A model generated the notes under the pieces. It was given only the letters and a program-made list of their open reading frames with translations, did no database searches and had not been told where the DNA came from. The translations under genes were made by a program, and so were the position numbers. 64,000 bases of DNA from Felis catus. Taxonomy: Eukaryota. This document shows, piece after piece, positions 24,005 to 36,900 of the stretch. Where the stretch lies: positions 123,940,001 to 124,004,000 of the forward strand of contig NC_058368.1 of the NCBI RefSeq assembly GCF_018350175.1. Reading direction: 5' to 3'. Numbering within the stretch: position 1 is the first letter of the stretch; each line of letters opens with the position of its first letter.

Positions 24005-27000
24005 GTAGTAGAGGCTAAAGTCTGGGATTGTGATGCCTCCTGCTTTGGTCTTCTTCTTCAAAATGACTTTGGCTACTCGAGGCCTTTTGTGGTTCCATAT
24101 GAATTTTAGGATTGCTTGTTCTAGTTTCGAGAAGAATGCTGGTGCAATTTTGATTGGGATTGCATTGAATGTGTAGGTAGCTTTGGGTAGTATTGACATT
24201 TTGACAATATTTATTCTTCCAACCCATGAGCATGGAATGTTTTTCCATTTCTTTATATCTTCTTCAATTTCCTTCATAAGCTTTCTATAGTTTTCAGCAT
24301 ACAGATCCTTTACATCTTTGGTTAGATTTATTCCTAGGTATTTTATGCTTCTTGGTGCAATTGTGAATGGGATCAGTTTCTTTATTTGTCTTTCTGTTGC
24401 TTCATTGTTAGTGTATAAGAATGCAACTGATTTCTGTACATTGATTTTGTATCCTGCAACTTTGCTGAATTCATGTATCAGTTGTAGCAGACTTTTGGTG
24501 GAGTCTTTTGGATTTTCCATGTATAATATCATGTCATCTGCAAAAAGCGAAAGCTTGACTTCATCTTTGCCAATTTTGATGCCTTTGATTTCCTTTTGTT
24601 GTCTGATTGCTGATGCTAGAACTTCCAGCACTATGTTAAACAGCAGCGGTGAGAGTGGGCATCCCTGTCGTGTTCCTGATCTCAGGGGAAAAAGCTCTCA
24701 GTTTTTTCCCATTGAGATGATGTTAGCTGTGGGCTTTTCATAAATGGCTTTTATGATCTTTAAGTATGTTCCTTCTATCCCGACTTTCTCAAGGGTTTTT
24801 ATTAAGAAAGGGTGCTGGATTTTGTCAAAGGCCTTTTCTGCATCGATTGACAGGATCATATGGTTCTTCTCTTTTTTTTTTGTTAATGTGATGTATCACG
24901 TTGATTGATTTGCGAATGTTGAACCAGCCCTGCATCCCAGGAATGAATCCTACTTGATCATGGTGAATAATTCTTTTTATATGCCGTTGAATTCGATTTG
25001 CTAGTATCTTATTGAGAATTTTTGCATCCATATTCATCAGGGACATTGGCCTGTAGTTCTCTTTTTACTGGGTCTCTGTCTGCTTTAGGAATCAAAGTAA
25101 TACTGGCTTCATAGAAGGAGTCTGGAAGTTTTCCTTCCCTTTCTATTTCTTGGAATAGCTTGAGAAGGATAGGTATTATCTCTGCTTTAAACGTCTGGTA
25201 GAACTCCCCTGGGAAGCCATCTGGTCCTGGACTCTTATTTGTTGGGAGATTTTTGATAACCGATTCAATTTCTTCGCTGGTTATGGGTCTGTTCAAGCTT
25301 TCTATTTCCTCCTGATTGAGTTTTGGAAGAGTGTGGGTGTTTAGGAATTTGTCCATTTCTTCCAGGTTGTCCAATTTGTTGGCATATAATTTTTCATAGT
25401 ATTCCCTGATAATTGTTTGTATCTCTGAGGGATTGGTTGTAATCATTCCATTTTCATTCATGATTTTATCTATTTGGGTCATCTCCCTTTTCTTTTTGAG
25501 AAGCCTGGCTAGAGGCTTGTCAATTTTGTTTATTTTTTCAAAAAACCAACTCTTGGTTTCATTGATCTGCTCTACAGTTTTTTTTTAGATTCTATATGGT
25601 TTATTTCTGCTCTGATCTTTATTATTTCTCTTCTTCTGCTGGGTTTAGGCTGCCTTTGCTGTTCTGCTTCTATTTCCTTTAGGTGTGCTATTAGATTATG
25701 TATTTGGGATTTTTCTTGTTTCTTGAGATAGGCCTGGATTGCAATGTATTTTCCTCTTAGGACTGCCTTTGCTGCGTCCCAAGCATTTGGATTGTTGTAT
25801 TTTCATTTTCCTTTGTTTCCATATATTTTTTAATTTCTTCTCTAATTGCCTGGTTGACCCACTCATTCGTGAGTAGTGTGTTCTTTAACCTCCATGCTTT
25901 TGGAGGTTTTCCAGACTTTTTCCTGTGGTTGATTTCAAGCTTCATAGCATTGTGGTCTGAAAGTATGCATGGTATAATTTCAATTCTTGTGACCTTATGA
26001 AGGGCTGTTTTGTGACCCAGTATATGATCTATCTTGGAGAATGTTCCATGTGCACTCGAGAAGAAAGTATATTCTGTTGCTTTGGGATGCAGAGTTCTAA
26101 ATATATCTGTCAGGTCCATCTGATCCAATGTCTCATTCAGGGCCCTTGTTTCTTTATTGATCCTGTGTCTAGATGATCTATCCATTTCTGTAAGTGGGGT
26201 GTTAAAGTCCCCTGCAATTACCACGTTCTTATCAATAAGGTTGCTTATGTTTATGAGTAATTGTTTTATATAGTTGGGGGCTCCGGTATTCGGCGCATAG
26301 ACATTTATAATTGTTAGCTCTTCCTGATGGATAGACCCTGTAATTATTATATAATGCCCTTCTTCATCTCTTGTTACAGCCTTTAATTTAAAGTCTAGTT
26401 TGTCTGATATAAGTATGGCTACTCCAGCTTTCTTTTGGCTTCCAGTCGCATGATAAATAGTTCTCCATCCCCTCACTCTCAATCTAAAGGTGTCCTCAGG
26501 TCTAAAATGAGTCTCTTGTAGACAGCAAATAGATGGGTCTTGTTTTTTTATCCATTTTGATACCCTATGTCTTTTGGTTGGCGCATTTAATCCATTTACA
26601 ATCAGTGTTATAGAAAGATATGGGTTTAGAGTCATTGTGATGTCTGTATGTTTTATGCTTGTAGTGATGTCTCTGGGACTTTGTCTCACAGGATTCCCCT
26701 TAGGATCTCTTGTAGGGCTGGTTTAGTGGTGACAAATTCCTTCAGTTTTTGTTTGTTTGGGAAGACCTTTATCTCTCCTTCTATTCTAAATGACAGACTT
26801 GATGGATAAAGGATTCTCGGCTGCATATTTTTCCTTTTAGCACACTGAAAATATCGTGCCAATCCCTTCTGGCCTTCCAGGTTTCAAAAGAGAGATCAGT
26901 CACGAATCTTATAGGTCTCCCTTTATATGTGAGGGCACGTTTACCCCTTGCTGCTTTCAGAATTTTCTCTTTATCCTTGTATTTTGCCAGTTTCACTATG

Positions 27001-28512
27001 ATACGTCGTGCAGAAGATCGATTCAAGTTACGTCTGAAGGGAGTTCTCTGTGCCTCTTGGATTTCAATGCCTTTTTCCTTCCCCAGTTCAGGGAAGTTCT
27101 CAGCTATTATTTCTTCAAGTACCCCTTCAGCACCTTTCCCTCTCTCTTCCTCCTCTGGGATACCAATTATGCGTATATTATTTCTTTTTAGTGTATCACT
27201 TAGTTCTCTAATTTTCCCCTCATACTCCTGGATTTTTTTTTTATCTCTCTTTCTCTCAGCTTCCTCTTTTTCCATAACTTTATCTTCTAGTTCACCTATT
27301 CTCTCCTCTGTCTCTTCAATCCGAGCTGTCGTTGTTTCCATTTTGTTTTGCATTTCGTTTAAAGCGCTTTTCAGCTCCTCGTGACTGCTCCTTAGTCCCT
27401 TGATCTCTGTGGCAAGAGATTCTCTGCTGTCCTGTATACTGTTTTCAAGCCCAGCGATTAATTTTATGACTATTATTCTAAATTCACTTTCTGTTATATT
27501 ATTTAAATCCTTTTTGATCAGTTCATTAGCTGTTGTTATTTCCTGGAGATTCTTCTGAGGGAATTCTTCCGTTTGGTCATTTTGGATAGTCCCTGGCGTG
27601 GTGAGGACCTGCAGGGCACTTCCCCTGTGCTGTGGTGTATAACTGGAGTTGGTGGGCGGGGCCGCAGTCAGACCCGATGTCTGCCCCCAGCCCACCGCTG
27701 GGGCCACAGTCAGACTGGTGTGTGCCTTCTCTTCCCCTCTCCTAGGGGCGGGATTCACTGTGGGGTGGTGTGGCCTGTCTGGGCTACTTGCACACTGCCA
27801 GGCTTGTGGTGCTGGGGATCTGGCGTATTAGCTGGGGTGGGTAGGCAAGGTGCAGAGGGGCAGGAGGGGCAGGCTTAGATCGCTTCTCCTTAGGTGATCC
27901 ACTTCAGGAGGGGCCCTGTGGCAGCGGGAGGGAGTCAGATCTGCTGCCGGAGGTTTGGCTCCGCAGAAGCACAGAGTTGGATGTTTGAGTGGAGCGAGCA
28001 AGTTCCCTGGCAGGAACTGGTTCCCTTTGGGATTTTGGCTAGGGAATGGGCAGGGGAGATGGTGCTGGTGAGCGCCTTTGTTCCCCACCAAACTGAGCTC
28101 TGTCGTCCGGGGGCTCAGCAGCTCTCCCTCCCTTTGTCCTCCAGCCTTCCCACTTTCCGAGCAGAGCTGTTAACTTATGACCTCCCAGATGCTAAGTCGC
28201 GCTTGCTGTCGGAACACACTCCGTCCGTCCGGCCCCTCCTCTTTTGGAAGCCAGACTTGGGGGCTCTGTTTGGCTGGCGAGCCGCCCATCTGCCCCGGCT
28301 CCCTCCTGCCAGTCCCTGGAGCGCGCACCACCTCTCCGCCCTTCCTACCCTCTTCCGTGGGCCTCTCGTCTGTGCTTGGCTCTGAGACTCCGTTCTGCTA
28401 ATCCTCTGGCGGTTTTCTGGGTTATTTAGGCAGGTGTAGGTGTAATCTAAGTGATCAGCAGGACGCGCAGTGAGCCCAGCGTCCTCCTACGCCGCCATCT
28501 TCTTCCAGGCCC
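24005..28512 (-). mobile_element. L1-A 5' segment (rest of ORF2, ORF1, 5'UTR), frameshifted; rejoined length about 5946 bp
   Basis: Resumes ORF2 exactly at the L1-B TSD; ORF2 ATG 26635, ORF1 ATG 27580; YY1 motif 28491-28501; right TSD aatctaaacaatt at 28513-28525. Confidence 0.96.
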
Positions 28513-28525
28513 AATCTAAACAATT

Positions 28526-29635
<1,110 letters not shown>

Positions 29636-29789
29636 AAAAAGACCTTTAAAGGGTGTGATATTTCATAATTGAAAATATTAAGAGTACATAGAAGGTCAAA
29701 AGAAATGTGTTTACCAGAATGAGAATGAATTATTTCTAGCTGCGTGTGAGAACCCTTATGTGTAAAATATTTTGAAATTTCTAATTTCT

Positions 29790-29967
29790 CTGCTCTGTCT
29801 TCCCATGGCCTTGGTTAACTTCTTTTGTCTCTCATAAGGACATTTGTAGTGACATTTAAGGCCTACACAGATAATCGAGTAATCTCTTCTTTTTCAGAAT
29901 CTGTAATTATATCTGCATTCTTTTTCCAAATAAGGTAATGTGGGTGGCCATGTTTCATCCTACTACA
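29790..29967 (-). mobile_element. MaLR (MLT-like) LTR fragment
   Basis: ataaggacat...gataatc...aataaggtaa...ctactaca pattern typical of MLT. Confidence 0.5.
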
Positions 29968-30539
29968 TGTAGTGTGGCTAAATCACTGTAAGATGAAACA
30001 AGAGTGGTGTAGAAAATGAAGTCAGAGAGGGAAAGGGAAAAGCAAAGGGAGAGGGGCCTGAAGGTAGTTGTGAGCTTAGAGTTAGTAGGACTGGCTTGAC
30101 TGGGTGTGGGGAGTGAAAGAGAGTAATCAAGGTTGATGTCTAGTTTTTTTTAATTTTATTACTTTATTTAAGTATAATTGATACACAATATTAGTTTTGG
30201 GTGTACAGTGATTTGACAAGTTTGTATGTTAAGGTATGCTGATGATAGTGTAGCTACCATCTGTAAACCATACAATGCTGTTTCAGTATCATTGACTATA
30301 TTGCTTATGTTGTACCATAGACTTCTTTTAAGTTTAAGCAACTGGATAGAAGATGGTTCCATTTGCTGAAATGGGGAATCTCCGAAAAATGTATAAGCTT
30401 GGGAGGGGTAAAAACAAAGAATGCTAGCTTTGTTGTGTTCAATTTGGGATGGCTATGAAAACATAAAAGTAAAATAGCTTTTATGCATTAGTTGCTTAGA
30501 AGAGGGATCAGGGATATAGATATAAATGTGGTAATTATC

Positions 30540-30704
30540 AGGGCGCCTGGGTGGCTCAGTCGGTTGAGCATCCGACTTCAGCTCAGGTCATTATCAGGTC
30601 TGTGACTTAGAGCCCTGCGTCGGGCTCTGTGCTGACAGCTCAGAGCCTGGAGCCTGCTTCGGATTCTGTGTCTCCCTTTCTCTCTGGTCCTCCCCTGCTT
30701 ATGC

Positions 30705-30743
<39 letters not shown>

Positions 30744-30762
30744 GTCAAAAATAAACATTAAA
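30540..30762 (+). mobile_element. CanSINE
   Basis: TSD ataaatgtggtaattatc. Confidence 0.92.
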
Positions 30763-30799
30763 ATAAATGTGGTAATTATCTGTATATTAATGGGATTTT

Positions 30800-30989
30800 T
30801 TAAATTTATTAAAAAAAATTTTTTTAATGTCTATTTTTGAGAGAGAGCAAGACAGCTGTGAGCAGAGGAGGAGCAGAGAGAGACAGACACAGAGGATCCC
30901 AAGCGGGTTCTGTGCACTAACCATGAGATCGTGACCTGAGCTGAAACCAAGAGTTGGACAATTAACTGATTGAGCCGCCCAGGTGTCCC
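30800..30989 (-). mobile_element. CanSINE (internally deleted)
   Basis: SINE motifs; flanked by ttaatgggattt. Confidence 0.82.
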
Positions 30990-31400
30990 TGTGTGTTAAT
31001 GGGATTTAAAGCTATGAGACTAGGTAAAGTTACATAGTGTAAAACAGATTTAGGGGGCTTGACCCTGGATAGTCCAACTTGAGAGGTCCAGTATAAGAGG
31101 AGCTGGCAAAAGGAGACTGAGGAGGAAGTAGCCACTGGAGCAAGAAAGAAAACCAGAGAATTGTGGGTTCCTTAAGCCAAGAGGAGAATGTTATAAAGAG
31201 GAAGGAAATAGTCTATCATTTCAAATGCTGCTGAGAGCTCTGGTAGAATGAAAGATGAAAGTAGTAATTTTATTACATAATTTCCTTATTAAAAGCATTT
31301 TCAGTGTAGAATGAGGATGGAAGCTAAACTGGAGTAGATTTAAGGAAAAAAGGGATATGAAAAAGTAGAGGCAGCAACTAACTGTAGACATTTTGTTTTA
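30990..31400. mobile_element. L2-like remnant
   Basis: aaaggagactgaggagga...aaccagaga...aagccaagagga...tcaaatgctgctgagag pattern. Confidence 0.55.
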
Positions 31401-31927
31401 AGAGAGCGAAGTGCTGCAGTAGCAGAAGGGAATATGAAGGTAATTTATTTTTAAGGTAATGAAAAAGGTTGAGAATCTTTAATGATGTTTTGTTTCAGAA
31501 TTTGCCTTGGAATTTTTAAATTTCGTGTATGTGGAATATTAAATTCCACAGCCTGAAGGTCATCTAATAATAATTTTTAAGTTCTTGACTGCCAAAGTGT
31601 CTCATTACCTTTATTAGCTTTATATCACTTAAATAAAACCAGAACTTTTTTGGATTCTAGTCACTTGATAATACTTTGGCCACTAGGAAAAAAAAGTCTT
31701 CAGAATTGCACTTTAAAGATAGAAAACTAGATCATTCTTGTTTTAATGTTTATGGTAATTGTAAATTGGAACTTTATACTGTAGTAATTACCAAAATCCC
31801 AAAAGTATTTGCCTTTCTTTTCTTAATAACTCAGAGAATAATTGGGTGGCTCTTGGGCTTTATAAAAGTAGTTTTAAAAGTCATTTAGTGTCTTTTGTGA
31901 AATAAATCTTAGAAAATAAGTATTACT

Positions 31928-32148
31928 GAGGCACCTGGGTGGTCAGTTAAGTGGCTGACTTCAGCTCAGGTCCTGATCTCACCGTTCATGAGTTCAAGCC
32001 CAGCATAAGGCTCTGTGCTGACACCTCAGAGCCTGGAGCCTGCTTCAGTTTATGTGTCTCCCTCTCTCTCTGCCCCACCCAGCTCATGCTTTGTCTCTCC
32101 CTCTCAAGAAAAAAGAGTAAGTAAACATTGAAAAATTAAAAAAAAAAA
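31928..32148 (+). mobile_element. CanSINE
   Basis: Head, body and A tail. Confidence 0.88.
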
Positions 32149-32264
32149 AGAAGTACTACTTTTGCACTCTTTTGGCTTATTTAAAGGAACTTAGGTAAAG
32201 AAATATTGTGTCTGTTCTAAAGTAGCCAGTTAATTAAGGTATCATCTTAAGTTTTAGGACACCT

Positions 32265-32485
32265 TTCTTTTTTTTTTTTTTTCAACGTTTATTTATTTTT
32301 GGGACAGAGAGAGACAGAGCATGAATGGGGGAGGGGCAAAGAAAGAGGGAGACACAGAATCGGAAACAGGCTCCAGGCTCTGAGCCATCAGCCCAGAGCC
32401 TGACGCGGGGCTCGAACTCCCGGACCGCGAGATCGTGACCTGGCTGAAGTCGGACGCTTAACCGACTGTGCCACCCAGGCGCCCC
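32265..32485 (-). mobile_element. Young felid SINE
   Basis: Near-consensus CpG-rich body. Confidence 0.93.
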
Positions 32486-33322
32486 TATCATTTTTAAAGT
32501 ATTGAATTCTGCTTTTCGTGTGCAAGAATTTGAGACCTCTCTTCTGTAAGTTTTGTCCTAAGTAGAGGTAGCTTATATGAGGGGAAATAAAGGTGTCAGT
32601 TAATGATTATAAGAGCACCCTAGGAGTTAAGGTGAGAAAAAGGTTACTCAAGTTTTTGTTAACACAGAGATACACTAAGAAATATTGGAAGTTTCCCAAA
32701 TTAACTTGACATTTAGCTATTGGTTTTATAACAAAAGTTGAAATTTCTGAGCCCAATAGAAATGCAAGTACATCCCTGGAAATGTAATACATATATATTA
32801 ATTGTAAATACATAGTTTTTGAGACTAAGGTAGGGAAAATGGGATAGGTAGTATTTGAGAACATCATTGACATTTCAGCTGTTGCTGTGAAAAGTTTGAT
32901 TAAAGTTAATGATGCATATTCTGATCCAGTAGCTAACATGAACCACTTCGTTGTATTTATACTGCATTTGCATTGTACATATATAGGTATATTGTTTTTA
33001 GTGCATCAGTGACCTTTTATTTTAGAGTGAATTCATTTTAAAAAATTGTGAACATGTTAATTTGTTTCCCTTTATAGAAACAAAGTTGAAGTTTTAAAGA
33101 TAAATTCCTGTAGTACTTTACTGTAGAAACTATTGTCCACTGCTCTCCTCTGTGCTCTACTCTATTCTGTGCGTTGTTAATGAGTATACTGTAAAATACA
33201 GAACTTTTAAAAATGTATATTAGCAGGCATTGATTTATTCATGTGTTATTTTCAGATTTTATTTATATAATAATAGTACTTAATTATACTTTTCAAATAT
33301 ATGAGTGAGTAAACTTTTAAGT

Positions 33323-33536
33323 CAGATGTCAGCAAACTCTTTCCATAAAGGGTTAGATAGTAAATAGTTTAGACTTCACAGAATTTAGGATCTCTGTTGC
33401 AACTTCGGTATCATGGTGGGAAAGCAGCCATAGACATTTCTAGATGAATGAGGATCGCTATGTTCCAATATAACTTTATTTACAAAAACAAGTGGCTGAC
33501 CGGTTTTGGCTCATAGCTATAGTTTGCTGATCAATG
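33323..33536. mobile_element. MER58-like hAT DNA transposon remnant
   Basis: Inverted termini tcagcaaact / agtttgctga; internal aaagcagccatagaca and actttatttacaaaaaca. Confidence 0.7.
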
Positions 33537-33740
33537 TTTTAAGTGATACATTAATACGCTATACGTTCAGTATTAAAGTGAAGAGGTTTTGGAATAATTA
33601 AGGAATGAGTGGCGTAGAAAATCTTAGAGACTGTTACTGTTTTGTTTGGAACAAAGTCCAGTTGTTAAAATTTTCTAGCATTTGTGATGACATATTCTTA
33701 TTTTCAAAGTAGAAAATGAGTCTTTTCTTCCTGTTAACAG

Positions 33741-33801
33741 GAGAGGTATTCTTCTGGAGCAAATGGAGACACTTTTAACAGGACTCCAGCTTCATCATCA
33801 G
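33741..33801 (+). CDS. DDX4: DDX4 exon 3: ERYSSGANGDTFNRTPASSS (61 nt, phase 0-1)
   Basis: Polypyrimidine tract and aacag acceptor; CAG|gtatgt donor; matches DDX4. Confidence 0.96.
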
Positions 33802-33934
33802 GTATGTGTTGAGGCAAAAAGATGGATCCTTTTCTAGGTTAAAGGCTTCACCTAGTGAATAAGGAGCAGACTAGTAGACATCTTATAAATAGTGTTTGTT
33901 AGATTTCTGTGAGAATTCATTCTGTTTGGATGTT

Positions 33935-36900
33935 GTTTTTTTTTTTTTTAATTTTTATATATATGAAATTTATTCACAAATTGGTTTCCATACAACACCC
34001 AGTGCTCATCCCAAAAGGTGCCCTCCTCGATACCCATCACCCACCCTCCCCTCCCTCCCACCCCCCATCAAACCTCAGTTTGTTCTCAGTTTTTAACAGT
34101 CTCTTATGTTTTGGCTCTCTCCCACTCTAACCTCTTTTTTTTTTTTTTTTTTTTTTCCTTCCCCTCCCCCATGGGTTCCTGTTAAGTTTCTCAGGATCCA
34201 CATAAGAGTGAAACCATATGGTATCTGTCTTTCTCTGTATGGCTTATTTCACTTAGCATCACACTCTCCAGTTCCATCCACATTGCTACAAAAGGCCATA
34301 TTTCGTTTTTTCTCATTGCCACGTAGTACTCCATTGTGTATATAAACCACAATTTCTTGATCCATTCATCAGTTGATGGACATTTTGGCTCTTTCCATAA
34401 TTTGGCTATTGTTGAGAGTGCTGCTATAAACATTGGGGTACAAGTGCCCCTATGCATCAGTACTCCTGTATCCCTTGGATAAATTCCTAGCAGTGCTATT
34501 GCTGGGTCATAGGGTAGGTCTATTTTTAATTTTCTGAGGAACCTCCACACTGCTTTCCAGAGCGGCTGCACCACTTTGCATTCCCACCAACAGTGCAAGA
34601 GGGTTCCCGTTTCTCCACATCCTCTCCAGCATCTATAGTCTCCTGATTTGTTCATTTTGGCCACTCTGACTGGCGTGAGGTGATACCTGAGTGTGGTTTT
34701 GATTTGTATTTCCCTGATAAGGAGCGACGCTGAACATCTTTTCATGTGCCTGTTGGCCATCCGGATGTCTTCTTTAGAGAAGTGTCTATTCATGTTTTCT
34801 GCCCATTTCTTCACTGGGTTATTTGTTTTTCGGGTGTGGAGTTTGGTGAGCTCTTTATAGATTTTGGATACTAGCCCTTTGTCCGATATGTCATTTGCGA
34901 ATATCTTTTCCCATTCCGTTGGTTGCCTTTGAGTTTTGTTGGTTGTTTCCTTTGCTGTGCAGAAGCTTTTTATCTTCATAAGGTCCCAGTAATTCACTTT
35001 TGCTTTTAATTCCCTTGCCTTTGGGGATGTGTCGAGTAAGAGATTGCTAGGGCTGAGGTCAGAGAGGTCTTTTCCTGCTTTCTCCTCTAAGGTTTTGATG
35101 GTTTCCTGTCTCACATTTAGGTCCTTTATCCATTTTGAGTTTATTTTTGTGAATGGTGTGAGAAAGTGGTCTAGTTTCAACCTTCTGCATGTTGCTGCCC
35201 AGTTCTCCCAGCACCATTTGTTAAAGAGGCTGTCTTTTTTCCATTGGATGTTCTTTCCTGCTTTGTCAAAGATGAGTTGGCCATACGTTTGTGGGTCTAG
35301 TTCTGGGGTTTCTATTCTATTCCATTGGTCTATGTGTCTGTTTTTGTGCCAATACCATGCTGTCTTGATGATGACAGCTTTGTAGTAGAGGCTAAAGTCT
35401 GGGATTGTGATGCCTCCTGCTTTGGTCTTCTTCTTCAAAATTCCTTTGGCTATTCGGGGCCTTTTGTGGTTCCATATGAATTTTAGGATTGCTTGTTCTA
35501 GTTTCGAGAAGAATGCTGGTGCAATTTTGATTGGGATTGCATTGAATGTGTAGATAGCTTTGGGTAGTATTGACATTTTGACAATATTTATTTTTCCAAT
35601 CCATGAGCAGGGAATGTCTTTCCATTTCTTTAAATCTTCTTCAATTTCCTTCATAAGCTTTCTATAGTTTTCAGCATACAGATCCTTTACATCTTTGGTT
35701 AGATTTATTCCTAGGTATTTTATGCTTCTTGGTGCAATTGTGAATGGGATCAGTTTCTTTATTTGTCTTTCTGTTGCTTCATTGTTAGTGTATAAGAATG
35801 CAACTGATTTCTGTACATTGATTTTGTATCCTGCAACTTTGCTGAATTCATGTATCAGTTCTAGCAGACTTTTGGTGGAGTCTATCGGATTTTCCATGTA
35901 TAATATCATGTCATCTGCAAAAAGTGAAAGCTTGACTTCATCTTTGCCAATTTTGATGCCTTTGATTTCCTTTTGTTGTCTGATTGCTGATGCTAGAACT
36001 TCCAGCACTATGTTAAACAGCAGCGGTGAGAGTGGGCATCCCTGTCGTGTTCCTGATCTCAGGGAAAAAGCTCTCAGTTTTTCCCCGTTGAGGATGATGT
36101 TAGCTGTGGGCTTTTCATAAATGGCTTTTATGATCTTTAAGTATGTTCCTTCTATCCCGACTTTCTCAAGGGTTTTTATTAAGAAAGGGTGCTGGATTTT
36201 GTCAAAGGCCTTTTCTGCATCGATTGACAGGATCATATGGTTCTTCTCTTTTTTTTTTGTTAATGTGATGTATCACGTTGATTGATTTGCGAATGTTGAA
36301 CCAGCCCTGCATCCCAGGAATGAATCCCACTTGATCATGGTGAATAATTCTTTTTATATGCCGTTGAATTCGATTTGCTAGTATCTTATTGAGAATTTTT
36401 GCATCCATATTCATCAGGGACATTGGCCTGTAGTTCTCTTTTTTTTACTGGGTCTCTGTCTGCTTTAGGAATCAAAGTAATACTGGCTTCATAGAAGGAG
36501 TCTGGAAGTTTTCCTTCCCTTTCTATTTCTTGGAATAGCTTGAGAAGGATAGATATTATCTCTGCTTTAAACGTCTGGTAGAACTCCCCTGGGAAGCCAT
36601 CTGGTCCTGGACTCTTATTTGTTGGGAGATTTTTGATAACCGATTCAATTTCTTCGCTGGTTATGGGTCTGTTCAAGCTTTCTATTTCCTCCTGGTTGAG
36701 TTTTGGAAGAGTATGGGTGTTCAGAAATTTGTCCATTTCTTCCAGGTTGTCCAATTTGTTGGCATATAATTTTTCATAGTATTCCCTGATAATTGTTTGT
36801 ATCTCTGAGGGATTGGTTGTAATCATTCCATTTTCATTCATGATTTTATCTATTTGGGTCATCTCCCTTTTCTTTTTGAGAAGCCTGGCTAGAGGTTTGT

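Noticed and set aside
23936..24631. 231-aa ORF ending [18 protein letters not shown]
   Set aside because: Accidental read-through from broken L1-A ORF2 into the L1-B 5'UTR at the insertion junction.
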